Assembly (NCBI GenBank): GCA_963769935.1
Contig: CAVYNY010000020.1
Span: 288,001 to 352,000 of the forward strand
Reading direction: 5' to 3'
DNA from: an uncultured delta proteobacterium
GTDB lineage: Bacteria; Desulfobacterota; Desulfobacteria; Desulfobacterales; JAFDCJ01
DNA: 64,000 nt
Translations under genes and position numbers: made by a program
Notes under the pieces: generated by a model
What the model was told of the DNA's origin: nothing
Seen by the model: the letters and a program-made list of their open reading frames with translations, nothing else
Database searches by the model: none
In this document: piece by piece, positions 60,487 through 64,000 of the stretch
Layout: each line of letters opens with the position of its first letter
Position numbering within the stretch: position 1 is the first letter of the stretch

Positions 60487-62160
60487 ATGTCGCGCGGCAA
60501 TTTTTTTCTGGCATCTTTCCTGTGGCTGGTCATTGCGTTCCTCGTGATTTATCCCCTCTCCATCCTGATCCTGGAAAGCTTCAAAATTGCCGAAACCGGC
60601 GGGTGGGGCCTGGGCAATTACCTGGAGTTTTTCAAGGACACATATTATCTTAAGATCTTCGGCAACACATTGTTATTGAGCACGATGGTGCTCATGACCA
60701 CGACCGTGGTCGGCGTGCCCCTGGCATATATTCTGGCGCGCTACCACCATTGGGGCAAGACCGTTCTGACCGCCCTGATCCTGCTCCCGATTGTTTTGCC
60801 CGCTTACGCCGGCGTATTTGCGTTCATCATCTTTTTCGGCAAATATGGCACCTTGAATTTGCTTCTGATGGATACGGGATTGATCGACAAGCCGCTAAAT
60901 TTCATCTATGGGCTTCACGGGCTGGTATTCATTCAATCCCTGCACATGCTGCCGTTTATCGTCCTGGGTCTATCGGCCGGATTCACCAACATAGATCCCT
61001 CCTTTGAGGAGGCGGCCGAAGTCGAAGGCGCATCCGGCTTTTGGAGATTTATAACCGTCACTTTGCCGCTTTGTACGCCCAGCTACCTGGCGGGCGCCGT
61101 GCTCGTTTTCCTGTGGCCCTTTACGGATTGGCTGACCCCCTTGATTTTGGGACAGGTGGACTATTTACCCTCGATTTCGTACCTCAACATCGCCTATCAC
61201 TTTACCGATGCCCACCGCAAGTATATGGGGATCGTGGCTGTGGTCGTTTCTTCCATCATTTGCATCTTCCTTTTTTTGCTCGCCAGATGGTGGGTTGAGA
61301 AAAAAAAATATACCGGCCTTTCTAAAGGAACCACTTCTGAAGGCAGGGTCATTGAGCCCAGTCCGCTGGTAAAATCGTGCGCATATTTGTATATGATTTT
61401 CATCGCTCTTCTCGTCCTGATGATACCGATCGTGCTGGGATTGGCCGCTTTCTCCCGCAGATGGACCTTGGAGCCGTTTCCCACCTATTGGACCCTCGAT
61501 AATTTCAGAGTCATCCTTATGCAAACCCCCGGGTTGATGAAAAACTCTTTTCTCTTCAGCGGGATCGCCCTTATTTTCGGGATCAGCTTCGGCCTGCCGG
61601 TGGCCTATCTTGTGGTCCGCACCCGGGTGCCGGGAAAAGATGCACTCGATTTTGTGATCACCCTGATGCTGGCTTTCCCGGGTATTGCCATCGGTGTGAG
61701 TTACCTGCTGGCATTCTGGCAGGGGATACCCCTGGCCACTTACTGGATCATCATGCCGCTGGCATTGTTTGCACGGCGGCTGCCGTATTTTTTGCGCATG
61801 GCCCATTCATCCTATTTGCAGCTGGACCCTTCGCTCGAGGAAGCCTCCGAAGTTTCGGGAGCCGGTAAGTTAAGAACTTTTTTCAAGATCTCATTGCCTT
61901 TGCTGCTCAAAGGGGTGCTCGTCGGTGTGGTGATGTTCTTCATCATGGCGTTTCAGGAGATATCGACGGCAATATTCCTTTATCGCGGCGGATGGGAGAC
62001 CCTGCCCATCGGCATTTTTTTGAACTGGAGCCGCGGCATGGAATTCGGCAATGCCGCTGCCATGGCCTTTTTGATGATCGTGATCACCTTCATACTGCTG
62101 CTGATCATATCCAAAATCGGGGGAAGCGTCCTCAAAGCCGCCTGGGGGGCGAAAGGTTAG
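60487..62160 (+). CDS. ABC transporter permease (FbpB-type, duplicated domain)
   Basis: Two EAA loops (DPSFEEAA..GAS; DPSLEEAS..GAG). Confidence 0.92.
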   Translation: MSRGNFFLASFLWLVIAFLVIYPLSILILESFKIAETGGWGLGNYLEFFKDTYYLKIFGNTLLLSTMVLMTTTVVGVPLAYILARYHHWGKTVLTALILLPIVLPAYAGVFAFIIFFGKYGTLNLLLMDTGLIDKPLNFIYGLHGLVFIQSLHMLPFIVLGLSAGFTNIDPSFEEAAEVEGASGFWRFITVTLPLCTPSYLAGAVLVFLWPFTDWLTPLILGQVDYLPSISYLNIAYHFTDAHRKYMGIVAVVVSSIICIFLFLLARWWVEKKKYTGLSKGTTSEGRVIEPSPLVKSCAYLYMIFIALLVLMIPIVLGLAAFSRRWTLEPFPTYWTLDNFRVILMQTPGLMKNSFLFSGIALIFGISFGLPVAYLVVRTRVPGKDALDFVITLMLAFPGIAIGVSYLLAFWQGIPLATYWIIMPLALFARRLPYFLRMAHSSYLQLDPSLEEASEVSGAGKLRTFFKISLPLLLKGVLVGVVMFFIMAFQEISTAIFLYRGGWETLPIGIFLNWSRGMEFGNAAAMAFLMIVITFILLLIISKIGGSVLKAAWGAKG

Positions 62161-62168
62161 GAGACATA

Positions 62169-63251
62169 ATGGCATTCATAGAGATCCATAATCTGTTCAA
62201 ATGCTTTAAAAACGTCGTGGCAATCAATCACATCCAGCTGGAGGTGAACCAGGGCGAAATGTTGACGCTGCTCGGGCCCAGCGGCTGCGGCAAAACAACC
62301 ACTCTGCGCTGTATTGCCGGCCTGGAGAGGCCCGATGAGGGTGATATCGTTATCGACGGCAAACCAATGCTGTCACAGGGATTTGTCCAGCCGTCCAAAA
62401 GGGGCATCGGCATGGTGTTCCAGAATTATGCCGTCTGGCCGCACATGAAGGTATACAATAATATTGTCTACGGCTTGAAACTTCAGCGGCTATCCAGGCC
62501 GCGCATCCGGGAAAAGGCGCAACAGGTTCTGGAGATGGTGGGTTTGAACGGTCTGGAGGACAGATACCCCGGCCAATTGAGCGGCGGGCAGCAGCAGCGG
62601 GTGGCGCTGGCGCGGGCGCTGGTCGGCAACCCCAAGGTGCTGCTGCTGGATGAACCGCTGAGCAACCTGGATGCCAAGCTCAGGGAAGAATTGAGATTTG
62701 AAATCAAAAGCCTGGTCAGACGGATGGGCATCACCTCGGTGTATGTCACCCACGATCAGGCCGAGGCGATGGTTATCTCTGATCGCGTCGCCGTCATGGA
62801 ATCCGGCAATGTGGTGCAAATCGCCCCCCCCGAGGAAATATACCAAAAGCCTGCCAACAGATTCGTGGCCGATTTCATCGGCACCATGAATTTTATGCCC
62901 GGGGAGGTCATCGAGGTATTGCCGGGCACCCATGGAGTTTACGTGCGCACCGAATTCAGCGCGAAGTTGCGGTGTACGATGCCGGACAGCAAAGCGGTCA
63001 AAGTCGGCGAAAAAGTGTATGCATCGATTCGTCCCGAGGATGTGGCAATTTTTACGGAGCCGCCTCAAACCGGAGAAAACCTGGTCAAGGGGACCATTGC
63101 CCACAAAGCCTATCTGGGCAATTTTCTGTATCTTTTCGTAAGCGTAAACGAAACCAAGATTCGCGTGCAGGTACCGCACTATGTGCCGCAGGAAGAAGGG
63201 CAGGAACTCTACCTGGTTCTCAATCCGCAAAAATGCATGATTTTGCTTTAG
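62169..63251 (+). CDS. ABC transporter ATP-binding protein (PotA/FbpC-type with TOBE)
   Basis: GPSGCGKTT, LSGGQQQRVALARAL, LLLDEPLSNLD, VTHDQ. Confidence 0.95.
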   Translation: MAFIEIHNLFKCFKNVVAINHIQLEVNQGEMLTLLGPSGCGKTTTLRCIAGLERPDEGDIVIDGKPMLSQGFVQPSKRGIGMVFQNYAVWPHMKVYNNIVYGLKLQRLSRPRIREKAQQVLEMVGLNGLEDRYPGQLSGGQQQRVALARALVGNPKVLLLDEPLSNLDAKLREELRFEIKSLVRRMGITSVYVTHDQAEAMVISDRVAVMESGNVVQIAPPEEIYQKPANRFVADFIGTMNFMPGEVIEVLPGTHGVYVRTEFSAKLRCTMPDSKAVKVGEKVYASIRPEDVAIFTEPPQTGENLVKGTIAHKAYLGNFLYLFVSVNETKIRVQVPHYVPQEEGQELYLVLNPQKCMILL

Positions 63252-63300
63252 ATAGGATACTACCAACGCGTTTTAACTCATTCAATGCATTGTAATCTTT

Positions 63301-63651
63301 TCACTTGCCCGGGTCGGATTTACGTCTTTCTTCTTCCTGCTGAACGGTTCTAATCAGGTCGGCAGCTTCACTAACAATGCCCTGCAGCGTCTGCAGGCCT
63401 TCCAGCGACCGATTGGGTCCCAGATCCGCGATAAGAGCCGCCATGGCTTCTATAAATGTTGCATACGCGACCGACCTTGCCTGGACATCATCGATTTGCC
63501 GGCCGATATAATTCAGGATCAGTTCGTCTCTTTGCCTTACGGCTCGCAGCCGGTCCTGCTCGGTGGCGGAATCCGACCGGATGATTCGGTTCAAAGCTTC
63601 TCTTGCGGCATTATAGTTTCTTTGAGCTTCGTCGTTGGTAATCATTTTCAA
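63301..63651 (-). CDS. Hypothetical helical protein
   Basis: 116-aa ORF, RBS GGAGG, overlaps the upstream stop. Confidence 0.65.
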   Translation of the reverse strand: MKMITNDEAQRNYNAAREALNRIIRSDSATEQDRLRAVRQRDELILNYIGRQIDDVQARSVAYATFIEAMAALIADLGPNRSLEGLQTLQGIVSEAADLIRTVQQEEERRKSDPGK

Positions 63652-64000
63652 CCTCCCCGACTATCCCGGTAGATGTGGATGGCCTGACGCAGTTCGATGT
63701 AAACCGGCAACAGGTCGCCGACCGGCGGCGTGGTTTTCAAATTGCTTTCGACTGCGGTCAGCAAAGCAAACAGGCTAGCGGATACTTGATCGATCAGCTT
63801 GGCATAGGCATCCACCATGGTTTTATAGGCCGTCAACTCGCCGGTCTTTTTGCGGGCGGCATCAACTTTCGCACCGATTTGCTCCTTAATCTGAACCAGT
63901 TGGCTGTATACGAGGGGCGTACAGGCCTCGGTCGCCTGCTCTTTTTCCGATTCGGTAAGCTCGATCGCCGGTAAGCCCACTGATTTAAGCAGTTCATTAA
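63648..64000 (-). CDS. Hypothetical protein (5' end outside the window)
   Basis: Frame is open to the window edge. Confidence 0.6.
   Translation of the reverse strand, partial: NELLKSVGLPAIELTESEKEQATEACTPLVYSQLVQIKEQIGAKVDAARKKTGELTAYKTMVDAYAKLIDQVSASLFALLTAVESNLKTTPPVGDLLPVYIELRQAIHIYRDSRGG

Noticed and set aside
1..64000. CRISPR array, cas genes, reverse transcriptase, integrase, rRNA
   Set aside because: No repeat-spacer periodicity or diagnostic motifs were seen. The short arrays are tandem 7-11-mers without spacers.

Overview
A 64-kb chromosomal window, most likely from an anaerobic deltaproteobacterium (Desulfobacterota-like). This is inferred from the gene content: several sigma-54 two-component systems, CooT/DUF3842, rubrerythrin and a TauE/PEP-utiliser cluster. 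The left part (1-32 kb) is metabolic and signalling. It holds an acyl-CoA dehydrogenase, a Tat-exported PaoABC-type molybdo-flavoenzyme with three +1 frameshifts, pcp, a cold-shock gene, a sigma-54-driven TauE/TIGR02186/PEP-utiliser/RR/USP operon with a convergent two-component system, a panB/U32-like/aminotransferase cluster, a PP2C, an MFS transporter and a YejM-like sulfatase. The middle (about 32.4-45.6 kb), downstream of the 3' end of tRNA-Glu(CTC), is a scarred accessory region. It has many truncated genes, three remnants of a RAYT (HUH/Y1) element with terminal inverted repeats, a 574-bp direct repeat bracketing about 5.6 kb, DUF932 remnants, and an intact signal-peptide-bearing rubrerythrin next to a membrane cytochrome c. 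The right part is housekeeping (mltB, radA, rlmE, yebC, lolA), plus a UxxC selenocysteine thioredoxin missed by the ORF track, a ZraSR/ZraP-like locus and an ABC transporter. Many intergenic spaces hold nested inverted arrays of 7-11-nt repeats. No CRISPR array, rRNA, integrase or reverse transcriptase was found. All family calls come from motif recognition by eye, not database searches.
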